A stretch of DNA of 64,000 nucleotides, from NCBI RefSeq assembly GCF_031769215.1, contig NW_026782836.1:434001-498000 (forward strand), read 5' to 3'. Origin of the DNA: Ylistrum balloti (lineage: Eukaryota). The position numbers and the translations under genes were made by a program. Below are positions 40,765 through 53,703 of the stretch, one piece after another. The notes beneath the pieces are model-generated. The model did not search any database. It saw only the letters and a program-made list of their open reading frames with translations, and was not told where the DNA came from. The first letter of the stretch is position 1. Each line of letters begins with the position of its first letter.

Positions 40765-43700
40765 GATGCTATCAACTACCTACCGGATACAAGCCCTACT
40801 GTGGTTATAGCAACTTATTGCTCTTAGCCATAGTGACTCCAAGTCATAGTGTAGATATCAACTACTGGATCCAAGCCGTACTGTAGATATCAATTACTTG
40901 CTCCATGTCATACTGTAGATATCAATTACTGACTCCAAGTCATACTGTAGATATCAACTACTGGCTCCAAGCCGTACTGTAGATATCAACTACTGGCTCC
41001 AAGCCGTACTGTAGATATCAACTACTGGTTCATAGTCATACTGTAGATATCAATTACTGGCTCCAAGCCGTACTGTAGATATCAACTACTGCCTCCAAGC
41101 CGTACTGTATATATCAACTACTGGCTCCAAGCCATAGTGTAGATATCAACTATTGGCTCCAACCCATACTGTAGATATCAACTACTGACTCCAAGTCATA
41201 CTGTAGATATCAACTACTGACTCCAAGCCGTACTGTAGATATCAACTACTGACTCCAAGTCATATGGTAGATATCAATTACTGACTCCAAGTCATACTGT
41301 AGATATCAACTACTGGCTCCAAGTCATACTGTAGATATCAACTACTGACTCCAAGTCATACTGTAGATATCAACTACTGACTCCAAGTCATACTGTTGAT
41401 ATCAACTACTGGCTCCAATTCATACTGTAGATATCAATTACTGACTCCAATTCATACTGTAGATATCAACTACTGGCTCCAATTCATACTGTAGATATCA
41501 ATTACTGACTCCAAGTCATACTGTAGAAATCAACTACTGACTCTTAGTCATACTGTTGATATCAATTACTGACTCCAAGTCATACTGTAGATATCAACTA
41601 CTGACTCCAATTCATACTGTAGATATCAACTACTGACTCCAAGTCATACTGTACATATCAACTACTGGCTCCAATTCATACTGTAGATATCAACTACTGA
41701 CTCCAAGTCATACTGTAGATATCAACTACTGGCTCCAAGCCATACTGTATATATCAATTACTGACTTCAAGTCATACTGTAGATATCAACTACTGACTCC
41801 AAGTCATACTGTAGATATCAACTACTGACTCTTATAGATATCAACTACTGACTCTTAGTCATACTGTTGATATCAATTACTGACTCCAAGTCATATTGTA
41901 GATATCAACTACTGGCTCCAAGTCATACTGTAGATATCAACTACTGCCTCCAAGTCATACTGTATATATCAACTACTGGCTCCAATTCATACTGTAGATA
42001 TCAACTACTGCCTCCAAGTCATATTGTAGATATCAACTACTGGCTCCAAGTCATACTGTAGATATCAACTACTGGCTCCAATTCATACTGTAGATATCAA
42101 TTACTGACTCCAAGTCATATTGTAGATATCAATTACTGACTCCAAGTCATACTGTAGATATCAATTACTGACTCCAAGTCATACTGTAGATATCAACTAC
42201 TGACTCCAAGTCATACTGTAGGTATCAACTACTGCCTTCAAGCCATAGTGTAGATATCAACTACTGCCTTCAAGTCATATTGTAGATATCAACTACTGCC
42301 TTCAAGCCATAGTGTAGATATCAACTACTGCCTTCAAGTCATATTGTAGATATCAACTACTGGCTCCAAGTCATACTGTAGATATCAACTACTGGCTCCA
42401 ATTCATACTGTTGATATCAATTACTGGCTCCAATTCATACTGTAGATATCAATTACTGACTCCAAGTCATATTGTAGATATCAACTACTGGCTCCAAGTC
42501 ATACTGTAGATATCAACTACTGACTCCAAGTCATACTGTAGATATCAATTACTGACTCCAAGTCATACTGTAGAAATCAACTACTGACTCTTAGTCATAC
42601 TGTTGATATCAATTACTGACTCCAAGTCATACTGTAGATATCAACTACTGACTCCAAGTCATACTGTAGATATCAACTACTGACACTTAGTCATACTGTT
42701 GATATCAATTACTGGCTCCAATTCATACTGTAGATATCAACTACTGACTCCAATTCATACTGTAGATATCAACTACTGACACTTAGTCATACTGTTGATA
42801 TCAATTACTGGCTCCAACCCATACTGTAGATATCAACTACTGACTCCAAGTCATACTGTTGATATCAACTACTGGCTCCAATTCATACTGTAGATATCAA
42901 TTACTGACTCCAATTCATACTGTAGAAATCAACTACTGACTCTTAGTCATACTGTTGATATCAATTACTGACTCCAAGTCATACTGTAGATATCAACTAC
43001 TGACTCTTAGTCATACTGTTGATATCAATTACTGACTCCAAGTCATACTGTAGATATCAACTACTGACTCCAATTCATAGTGTAGATATCAACTACTGGC
43101 TCCAAGTCATACTGTACATATCAACTACTGGCTCCAATTCATACTGTAGATATCAACTACTGACTCCAAGTCATACTGTAGATATCAACTACTGGCTCCA
43201 ATTCATACTGTAGATATCAATTACTGACTCCAAGTCATACTGTAGAAATCAACTACTGACTCTTAGTCATACTGTTGATATCAACTACTGACTCTTAGTC
43301 ATACTGTTGATATCAATTACTGACTCCAAGTCATATTGTAGATATCAACTACTGGCTCCAAGTCATACTGTAGATATCAACTACTGACTCCAAGTCATAC
43401 TGTATATATCAACTACTGGCTCCAAGCCATAGTGTAGATATCAACTACTGACTCCAAGTCATACTGTAGATATCAACTACTGGCTCCAAGTCATACTGTA
43501 GATATCAACTACTGCCTTCAAGCCATAGTGTAGATATCAACTACTGCCTTCAAGCCGTACTGTAGATATCAACTACTGGCTCATAGTCATACTGTACATA
43601 TCAACTACTGGCTCCAATTCATACTGTAGATATCAACTACTGGTTCCGAGCCATACTGTAGATATCAACTACTGGCTCCAAGCCGTACTGTAGATATCAA

Positions 43701-45115
43701 CTACTGACTCCAAGCCATACTGTAGATATCAACTACTGACTCCAAGTCATACTGTAGATATCAACTACTGACTCTTAGTCATACCGTTGATATCAATTAC
43801 TGACTCCAAGTCATACTGTAGATATCAACTACTGACTCCAAGTCATACTGTAGATATCAACTACTGACACCACCTAATACTGTATTTGTCATCTACTGAC
43901 TCGACTTCATTCCGTAGATATCAACTACTGACTCCAAGTCATACTGTAGATATCAACTACTGCCTTCCACTCATAGTGATATACTGTAGATATCAACTAC
44001 TGACTCCAAGTCATAGTGTAGATATCAACTACTGCCTCCAAGCCATACTGTATATATCAATTACTGCCATACTGTAGATATCAACTAATGGCTCCAAGCC
44101 GTACTGTAGATATCAACTACTGACTCCAAGCCATAGTGTAGATATCAACTACTGGCTCCAAGCCATACTGTAGATATCAACTACTGACTCCAAGTCATAC
44201 TGTAGATATCAACTACTGACTCTTAGTCATACTGTAGATATCAACTACTGGCTCCAAGCCGTACTGTAGATATCAACTACTGACTCCAAGCCATAGTGTA
44301 GATATCAACTACTGACTCCAAGCCATACTGTAGATATCAACTACTGACTCCAAGCCATACTGTAGATATCAACTACTGACTCCAAGTCATACTGTATATA
44401 TCAATTACTGACTCCAAGTCATAGTGTAGATATCAACTACTGACTCCAAGTCATACTGTAGATATCAACTACTGACTCCAATTCATAGTGTAGATATCAA
44501 CTACTGGCTCCAAGTCATACTGTAGATATCAACTACTGACTCCAATTCATAGTGTAGATATCAACTACTGGCTCCAAGCCATACTGTAGATATCAACTAC
44601 TGACTCCAAGCCATACTGTAGATATCAACTACTGACTCCAAGCCATACTGTAGATATCAATTACTGGCTCCATGTCATACTGTAGATATCAACTACTGGC
44701 TCCAAGTCATACTGTTGATATCAATTACTGACTCCAAGTCATACTGTAGATATCAATTACTGACTCCAAGTCATACTGTAGATATCAACTACTGACTCCA
44801 AGTCATACTGTAGATATCAACTACTGACTCTTAGTCATACTGTTGATATCAATTACTGACTCCAAGTCATACTGTAGATATCAACTACTGACTCCAAGTC
44901 ATACTGTAGATATCAACTACTGACTCTTAGTCATACTGTTGATATCAATTACTGACTCCAAGTCATACTGTAGATATCAACTACTGACTCCAAGTCATAC
45001 TGTAGATATCAACTACTGACTCCAAGTCATACTGTTGATATCAATTACTGACTCCAAGTCATATTGTAGATATCAACTACTGGCTCCAATTCATACTGTT
45101 GATATCAACTACTGA
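40765..45115. repeat. 32-bp satellite/minisatellite array, about 135 copies (consensus TACTGTAGATATCAACTACTGACTCCAAGTCA)
   Basis: Direct reading; degenerate units at the left edge and at about 43865-43990. Confidence 0.98.
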
Positions 45116-45178
45116 ATTCATGCCGTAATTGGGGGGGGGGGCGTCCTTGGGCGAAAGGGTTTTGAAGACACGCGACTG

Positions 45179-46377
45179 GTGCGAGAACATGTTCTTACCA
45201 AGTATCGCTCAAACAACGAGAACATGGCCGAGAACAATAAAATGGCGTTCACAATAAAAAACGATTGTACAACAAACTTAAAAAAATTGGCGATCTACCA
45301 AATCATGGATGATTTAATTGAAGTTGACGAAAACAGAAAAGAAATACTGTTACCACTTATGTCCACTATGTGCTCTCTTGCCAGCGAAGACGAATGACCG
45401 AACTTGGATTTGGTGAAAACGTTGTCACGCTCATGTCCAATGTCGCAGACATGTTCCTATCAGTCGTGACGTTTACATGCATGTTAAAGACGAGTTACAT
45501 GACCAATTACTGAAGACCTATCGTGGCGGGTATCTACTAATTCTACCAGATAAACAGCTGCTGATATTCGTGTGGTATTGTGCAGATCAGGATAGCCAAA
45601 GGGAAATAGCGGTGCTGTTTGGAATCGGTGAATTGGCCGTCAATACAACATTAAGACGTGTCTGATTTGTTGTGTGAACATTAAACTAAATACATCTGTT
45701 GGCCAAATGCGGAACATGAAATTGAAATCGCAGAAAGTTTCAAAGTCATGTCGGGAATTGGTAACATTGTGGGTGCGCTAGACGGTACATATCTTCCCAT
45801 AGTAAATTGCCCAGGAGGCGACAACGATTATATCAATCGCAAAGAGTTTCCATCTGTACAGCTGCAGCTGATAGTGGATGACAGATTACTGATAAACAAT
45901 GCATACGTTGGTAGGCCAGGGTCAACCCATGATGCTAGGGTCCTTCGCAATTCGTCGTTTTATGGAGAGGCTGAAGCTGGCAGGAATGTTACTGCAGGAC
46001 AACTAGTGATTGGTGATTGTGCTTACCCTCTTGGTAACTGGCTGTTTACACCTGACAGAGACACTGGTCACTTAACACCCTCACAGAAGAAATTCAACAA
46101 AGCATTGTCTTCAGCAAGACAGTGTGTTGAAATTGCTAATGCACATTTGAAAGGACGGTTTCGTAGGCTACAGAAAGTGTACTGCAAAGAGGTTGAAGAT
46201 ATATGCAAACTCACAATGTCCTGCTGTGTTCTACACAATCTGTGTATTATTTGTGCAGATGAAATCGATGATTTTATTTATATAAACTTTGTGCAAAATG
46301 TCAGCAATTACATGAACATTTTTCAAAACCTGCAAAATGGTGAAAATGACAGAGCCCAGATAACTGCTGATTTGTAA
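45179..46377 (+). pseudogene. Harbinger (HARBI1-like, DDE_Tnp_4-type) transposase, N-terminus disrupted
   Basis: ORF 45748-46377 has GALDGT (D), GSTHDARVL, GDCAYP (D), VEIANAHLKGRFRRL (E) and CCVLHNLC. An HTH-like DKQLLIFVWY...REIAVLFG lies in another frame at 45540-45660; stop at 45395-45397 and frameshifts upstream. Confidence 0.9.
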
Positions 46378-46757
46378 TTATGAACTGTGAACTCTATAAT
46401 ACATCAATGTATTGTATTTTGTCACAGTGTGTAACAGTTTTCAAGAACAAGATCATTAAACAATTCTGCTATTATTGTGTAATTAGTCCTTTTAATATTA
46501 GCCAGCTAAATGCTGGATGTCAGGAACTTAAACCGAATGCTGAAGTTAACTTCTTGGTCGATTCCAATCCAATTAAGATACAGGATGCAAAACATACATT
46601 GGCATTTGAATTAATTACCTTGACCTTTGAACTTGGGTCAGTTGACTTCTTGTTGGATTCTGGTCCGCTTTGCCTGATGTCATAACAAAATATTTTGCAG
46701 CGAAATATATACAAAATCTTTACCTTTGACCTTATCCCGATGAGCTTTGATCAGTTG

Positions 46758-49681
46758 TAGGCTAGTCAATTTAGCCCCGATTTAGCCAAACCTCAAAAAA
46801 ATTGCAACAAATGGTTTTTTTTACATATTTTGATAGATAAGGGTCCTATAAAACACAGGTAAAAAATCGTCCCTTCAAATAAGGTGGGAAACCCCCTTTT
46901 CGGGGTCAGTATGTAGGACACCTCGAATTTTGCATGTAATCACCGATGCTCTGCTCCATTTGCGAAAATTACAATCAAGGTCATCTAAATAAGAACACGT
47001 GCAGGACTGCCTTATTTTTAGAACTTCATTCCCATGAAATAATGAAGGCGCAATATATAAATCCCGAATAGTGACCGTAAAAATTGGCGGGAAACGTTTT
47101 GTAAAGGTCATTATAAAGGACACCCTACAATTTCTATATAATCAGTGACCCCAGTTGTATTAGATGCGTTTAAAATAATAGTCATCTAAATATGAGTATA
47201 TTTGTGGAAAACTGACTAACAATTAGAGTGCATTTCTATATTGTTTTACAGTGTGTAAGAATATTCCTATATTATGACTGTTAAATATAGCCGGAATGTC
47301 TCTGCATTGGTCATTATATAATATGTTTCCAATATGCTACTGACTGAAGAAATCATTATCAGTAAAATTATGATAAATTCAAATAATGTCTGTTAAGATT
47401 GTACAAACATCCGGGCAAACAAGTGGCTGTTGTCGTTAAAATAATTATCACGGGAATCTGAATTTACTAAATTTCTTCTTGCAAATCATGTACAGTAATA
47501 TCGTTCAAATAATAGTTCCTTGGTGTTCTCATTTGCATAGTACTGGATATTTATTTTTGCTAAAGATACCACGTGCTCCTTTGATATCATTGGTCTTGGA
47601 ATAGGTTTTCCAAATTTGTTATTCGGAGTTAGCATACCCATGACATGAAATGTCCCAAAGTCATCTATAGTTCTAGTGTTGTGGTCAACGTTGTCCGTGG
47701 TGTATTGTATGCAATGGTCTTCCTGTATAGAAATATCACTTTCTGCATTTACCGTTGCTGCACAGCTTTCAAATGTCTGAACCTCTGTGTAGGAAGCACA
47801 AAAACCCAGCTTATTTAGAGTATCCAATAAGAATCTGGAACCAAACTGGTGGTGAAGTTGTACACCAAGTGAAATTTGTAAAGGCGCCAAAAAGTTTCTT
47901 GGTTTGATAGCCTGCACAATTGCATGTCCAATCGAAGATATTTTCAAGTTTTTATCTTTCACAAGAATAAGGGAAGACAAAAACGTATATATAGATGGAG
48001 GGAGGTATTCAATGTGTTTCTCTTCAGACGAAATTTCTTCGGTCGATGGATAGTGAGTTTTTGAAGTTTCTACAGCACGAACATCTTCTCTTATTAACGC
48101 TGCAGCAGCATTGATTATGGCACTTTTCTCTTCTTCTTGGTCTTTGGATTTAGGTCTTTTATAAAAAATCATGCAATATAGATTTTGCATTTGATGTTAA
48201 TGTCACTATGTTTTGCTTTCCGTTCATTTCAGTTATCACGATCTCATTTCCAAAGTGTTCTTTTAGACGGTCCTTCGTGTATTGTTGACCATATGCATTT
48301 TCTGCTTCAGAATGTTCAGACATCTTCTCAACAAGATCAGATATACTGATTTGTGAATCTGCATTTTCGCGCAAGTACGACGCAGCATAAAGGAAACTTT
48401 CATTGAGAGTGGAAGGTCGTCCTTTTTTGCAGAATACTACTCCCCTGGTTTAGACTTGAACGTTCTAAAGTTCGTACTGCTTTGATGATGGTGTATAGCA
48501 TCAAATGCATGCAGATCAGAAGTGAATTGAATTCTTCCAAAAACTTCGTTTCCCAACTCAGCATTTCTTTGTTTGTACAGGTCTCTTAGTGTTTGGTCGC
48601 AATTATCAGTTTTTATTGCAGATACGTTCGATCCGCGTTTGAGTCCCGATTTCTTTGCACTTAAACCGCAAAATATGCACTGGCTTTTGTAATCGAATGT
48701 GCCCTGAGACCTTAAAGCTGTCGTTGAAAGTATACTGTTCGCAGAAGCATTTTTAATAGCAGTATATGTATTTAAAAATCTGTTTATTTCCTTATTGTTC
48801 GTGAATGATTTTCGACATGATATATGTACTTTATCTCCAGGTTCAACAGAGACATTTGTTTGTCTCAGCTGATTAGCTTTCGTTATTTTAACACACCCTT
48901 TTGCTGTTAACGTAACACCCAACTTCTTGATTGCAGATTGAACAAAGCGACGAGGTTGTATCCATTCCATATATACTGAAAATATCAAATAAATCATTTT
49001 AGCACCAAGGAACGTATATTAACTTCCGTGTTAAAATGAAAAACGAGATTCTGGCAGATTTACATTACTTCGATGTTTGATGCTTAAGGGCTTCCATACT
49101 TATTTTTTCCGTCAAAACCTCGATATGTTAGATATTGATGAAATTTTCAATTGACATGTTGTGTTATGGACAGGATATATTTTAGTTACTTAACTCCTTC
49201 ATAAAACCTCTATGAAATAAGTTTATTTCATGTCTAGATATCTAAATTTGATATTTTACCGGTATGTTAACAGTTCTGTTCTATGTTTAGAATCTCGCGA
49301 TGTTATGATCAGCTTTCCGACAATTTTGTTTAAATTTCATTCTTTCTTCATATAACTATATAGCAAAGTATTCAGGGACATGTTGCACACCATTACTGTT
49401 TCTCATTTGTGATAATAAATTGTTTCCTTGTCATAAAATAATCCAAATCTTCATCGGCTGGTCATCACTGCAGCCGTCTGCAACCATCTAACGGCAGCCC
49501 ATAGGTATCGCGCTTACGGCAGAAAAATAGCCGATATATTGAATGCAAAAAAATCGATTTTCCCACTTGCCGATTTCGGCCGATTTTTCTACCCAAGTAA
49601 TTAATGATATATTTTGATGAAAAATACCGTTATTTCTTTTGTTGCAATTTTTTTAGGTTTTCCGACTGATTGATCAGCCTA
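46758..49681 (-). mobile_element. Academ-type DNA transposon, internally deleted (2924 bp), nested in the Harbinger
   Basis: Termini TAGGCT...AGCCTA with imperfect TIRs (both contain aaacct(c)aaaaaaattgcaacaaa); 3-bp TSD TTG at 46755-46757 and 49682-49684; encodes the transposase-like relic below. The superfamily call rests on recalled Academ hallmarks (TAG termini, short TSD, DNxD motif). Confidence 0.72.
47486..48965 (-). pseudogene. Academ-like transposase, frameshifted and C-terminally truncated
   Basis: Three overlapping ORFs (48437-48997, 48159-48374, 47486-48190): CSIC and CIFC Zn-finger-like pairs, DLHAFDAIHH, LHHQFGSRFLLDTLNKLGFCASYTEVQTFE, YTTDNVDHNTRTIDDFGTFHVMG. The rest of the catalytic region is missing. 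Confidence 0.75.
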
Positions 49682-50357
49682 TTGACTCCTTGTTTGATTC
49701 CGATCCACTTTTCCTGATAATGTCATAACAGAATATGCAAAGAATCTAAATGACATCATGCCATGGCAGAAGCTGGTGAGCTAATGATGTGGATAAATGA
49801 CATGAAACTGGTAAGCTTTGCAATCTTATTTATTGAAATTATTCAACAATTACATGTACAAAACAAAACAAAAATAAAATGAAAAAATAAACAGAAATAT
49901 GAAAATATATTGATGGACGGTCAGTAACATTACTGCTTTGTCAATTGCAATTTATCTGAATGCATATTCGAAGTGTTTACTCCAAAAATACAAAAAATGT
50001 TGATTGCTAGGAAAGAGTGCAATGTATTAAGCTTTACATCGCATGATACTGTCATGTCCTGTCTTAGTCACACAAAAACTGAACTTGTATACTGTATCTG
50101 ATGATTGTAATTTCACTACTATATCTAAGTTATAGCTTTTATCTAAAGCGACAAAATCATATCACACCTATATCTCTCTGACATCACAGATCGACAAAAA
50201 ATGTACAACGGTTGTCATATATCATAATGTCACCACTATAACAGTCACTATGCTTTTATTTAAAGCCATAATATCAATCATGTCACATTTTCATCAGATA
50301 TGACGTGACGAAAAGAAGAAACAATGGCGTCTGAACAGTAACCTACACTGACATATT

Positions 50358-51033
50358 TTAGGCAGAAGAATCTGAATCACTCTGTTTCTGCTTGTTATCC
50401 TGGTTGTCGCTAATAATGTCGAGCAGTCTATCCAGCCTTGTTTTGCTTCTTGATAAATTTGAACCTCCTTGTTTCCATTTCTTCCTGGTTTTCTTGGTCC
50501 GAGTTCATCCATCGAATAATTTTATCCACTCCACTGGATACCCTATTCTTCCGTTTCCTTCCTGGAATTTCCTTGACATGTTTCTTTGAAACAGGTGCCT
50601 GTGGTGATTCTAATGCATTTTCACTATCTGAGGACTAGCTGATTTGTGGCAAATATAACAGGTCGATTTTGATTGATGTTTGGCCATCATAAAAAAGTGA
50701 TATATTTGTACACAAAACATTTATCAATATTTATCACATAATTGTCCTGTTATACCATGTAATAACTTCTACCTACAATTTAAATCCTGTTCTCAGATTT
50801 AGTGTGTTTATCGTTTTTATTATCATCCGATATGTTGCCGATACATCACGTGTGTTGTGTAGATAACCTGTTATCGAGTTTGAAGACATGAACAAATTTA
50901 GGAATCTGCCAAATCATGACATCTATCTTAGTTATCATACGAACGCTGTTTTCTAAACGTGATTTCAAGTTTAACAACAGTCATTAGACGACATGCAATT
51001 GCCGGTTCTCACCTCACCTTATAGTTCCGCCAT
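50358..51033 (-). pseudogene. Harbinger second gene (Myb/SANT-like DNA-binding partner), decayed
   Basis: Convergent to the transposase inside the TIRs. C-terminal part SSDSENALESPQAP...GRKRKNR...EEMETRR, then frameshift to RLDRLLDII...SSA*. Candidate start aagATGGCGG at 51033 followed by a gtgagg donor. The Myb domain itself is not readable. Confidence 0.45.
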
Positions 51034-52293
51034 CTTTGTTCTTCTGACTCCCGCTCAAAAGGTAGTGTGGAATTTGTTCCGAGAACAGTGTTCCAGGTAG
51101 ATGTTCTCGGCGTTAGGGTGAGATTTTAACACGGGAACATTGTTCTCGTCACAAGAACATCTCGCCCAAGGACGGCCAGGAATATCAACCGACTAGGAAG
51201 GAAACCTAGCCGAGCGATGGCCACAAACAACCACAACAACGACAAATATTTACAAATATATTACAAGATAGATTACATTACATCATTTACAGTTTATATT
51301 TTTTGTATTTTCTGATCTATAAAATCCACTCACGATCCATCCATTCAACATTGTACTATATCACACTCTCAAACTACACAGCATCACACTAACAATCCTT
51401 AACACTACTGATCATAAAATATACAGAAGCCCTAAAGTCTCTGTAGCTTCACTAGGCAATATCACAGCTGGGAATGTCACAGATGGACGTCAAAAGAGTC
51501 AAAGAAGTTCCAAAAACAGGTACAGAATAATTATATGACTGTTCCACATTCCAACCACTCCGCCAGACCGACAGTTGCCTCAAAGGATCTGCTGTTTCCC
51601 TTGCTGACGGCTTCGGTAAGACAACTTGACTGCCCCCCTTTCGGGTCTCCATATCACGCTGACACTCCCGTCATAACGGTACTACAAGAGAACACATACT
51701 TATGGTAAACATAGTCTCCATCTCCCGAGGACACGACACTGTATACCGCGGTACCAAAAGTACTCATTCAGAAAATCCTGCACATAACATTGGCACCTTT
51801 CATCTACCGTACTTTTCCACATGGACAATATTGTCCCAACAGTCTCCCCTTCAGACGCTACAAAATACATAGAATAACCCTAATTATGATAAGTCTACCT
51901 AACATTGGTTCATATTGCCTGTAAAAGCTATACACGACATTATTTAGCTGTTATAAGATGTTTACAGGTAGTTTACTGTATAAACACTACTCACGAGCGC
52001 GCACGGGCGTACAGGCAGATACAATAACAAACAATCCAATACACGCTCAAAATCAACACGTACGACTCAGAAGTTATATACACACATAGAAAGGAAAAAA
52101 GAATAGTTTATGTGCTCACCGTGACTGATATTTCACGCTTCTAACTGTAAAACTGGCATCTGCATTCCCATGCCACCTCAACACCTTACTATTCAGGGTG
52201 GCCGCTCTACTACGGAAACCCAAAACAACCAACCCTAAGCACACGTAGCGTTACCAAATTACCAAATTGTCCGGAAAGTGTCGCATTGTGACA

Positions 52294-52440
52294 CTGACTG
52301 CAAGCCATAGTGGAGGTATCAACATCTGACTGCAAGATAGTTTGGGATATAAAAACATGTCTAGAAACCATAGTGGTGATATCAACTACAGATTCCAAGC
52401 TCGATTCATGCCATAGAGCGGAAATCAACTACGGACTCCA
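52294..52440. repeat. Degenerate continuation of the 32-bp satellite (about 4-5 units)
   Basis: ctgactgcaagccatagtgg, ccatagtggtgatatcaactacagattccaagc, ccatagagcggaaatcaactacggactcca. Confidence 0.7.
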
Positions 52441-53703
52441 TTTGTTGAAAACAAATATGACTATATACCGATATCCGTTCAAAAGTACATTTCGTTGACA
52501 TACAATCGGCAAAAGAAAATGCACGGGAAAATACTCATAGAAAATAAATTATTGAAAACTACGTCATAGTATTAGTTGGATCGTAGCCGACTTTAATCTG
52601 TTTTATCTTGTTGTCTACTGTTGAAGGCTGGTAATGTAGGTAAAGTCAACACACTCGCTTGTGTTCACAGCGGAACGTGATGCTCTTTAACAAAGGGAAC
52701 AAGCGGACAGGTTGATTTTTATCAGTATACGATACAGCTGTTATCTGAATCACTCTAGATCTGACTGAATGATTCGGAAAACATCGGACAGAAAACGTAA
52801 AATCTCCCTGGGGCTAATAGATTGCTATTCGTTCTGTATTCATAGTTTCCCCTCTCCCTTGCTAGATTAATTTTGGAACTGTTTCTAAAGTCGACTGGAA
52901 ATGATAATGATAATTTTGACCGGAAGAAGATAACGTTTGGATATAACATTCAAATCGTCACTCGAGTTCTAAAATCATCGATCATTTCATCTTTATCATC
53001 TGCATTGTATCGCTTTGATATGTGAAATTATACGGATGAAATAAAAACAGTCACAAGATGCATTTTTATGGAAATGAGGACAACTATCTTTCGGGACACA
53101 TCTTACTCCAAATAGATGTCGTTTCTGTCGTTACCATCGCATTATGCATTATTGTACAGATATCGTAAGCTATGTTTAAGTGAGTAAATCCTCAGCAATG
53201 TATGACATTGATGTATCAGATGTTCCGGCCCTGTCATATCGTTACGTCTGAATAACAATGGGAGTGGGGAACCTTCCAGATATCTCTAGTTTTTCTTTAT
53301 CACAACTTACAGAATTTGTACAAAAATGCAAATTCTCAGAGAAAGATAGGGCCAAACAATAAATTAAACCGAATCAAAAAGCTGCTTCGTCGTTCTAAGA
53401 CTCTTCAGCGTTACTAATGTTAAAGCCTATAAGACGACTGAGCAAATTACAAAGTGATCGAAAGAAATTTAGGCTGAGAGGAGCACTAGCCCTATAAATA
53501 GATAAATTGTGTTGTTTTTATATACTTACGAATAGCGTCAGTAAATGTAAATTATGATGAATGTCATGTAGTGCTTGTCTTGTTGGTAAAACCTTTCGGA
53601 TTTGGTTATCTGTCAATCTGTCTACCTTTTAGAAAACAAGTTTGCTTCTTTTGTGACATACCAAAGAATTGGTGTAAAAGAAAAACATACAAACGACATG
53701 AAG

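Larger units (their letters stand above)
45139..51177 (+). mobile_element. PIF/Harbinger DNA transposon (about 6.0 kb including the nested insertion)
   Basis: TIR GG(G/C)CGTCCTTGGGCGA: 45142-45154 is the perfect reverse complement of 51162-51174. Both ends share the subterminal cgagaaca(a)tgttc. Contains a HARBI1-type transposase (+) and a convergent second gene (-). TSD not confirmed (left flank is a G run). Confidence 0.85.

Noticed and set aside
41867-44077. ORFs 41867-42061, 43019-43213 and 43886-44077
   Set aside because: Translations of the 32-bp satellite; the unit is not a multiple of 3 and the frames rotate and stop.
40765-45115. CRISPR-like appearance (constant 21-nt part plus variable 11-nt part)
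   Set aside because: The variable parts are a few point variants of one sequence, not unique spacers; the context is eukaryotic and there are no cas genes.
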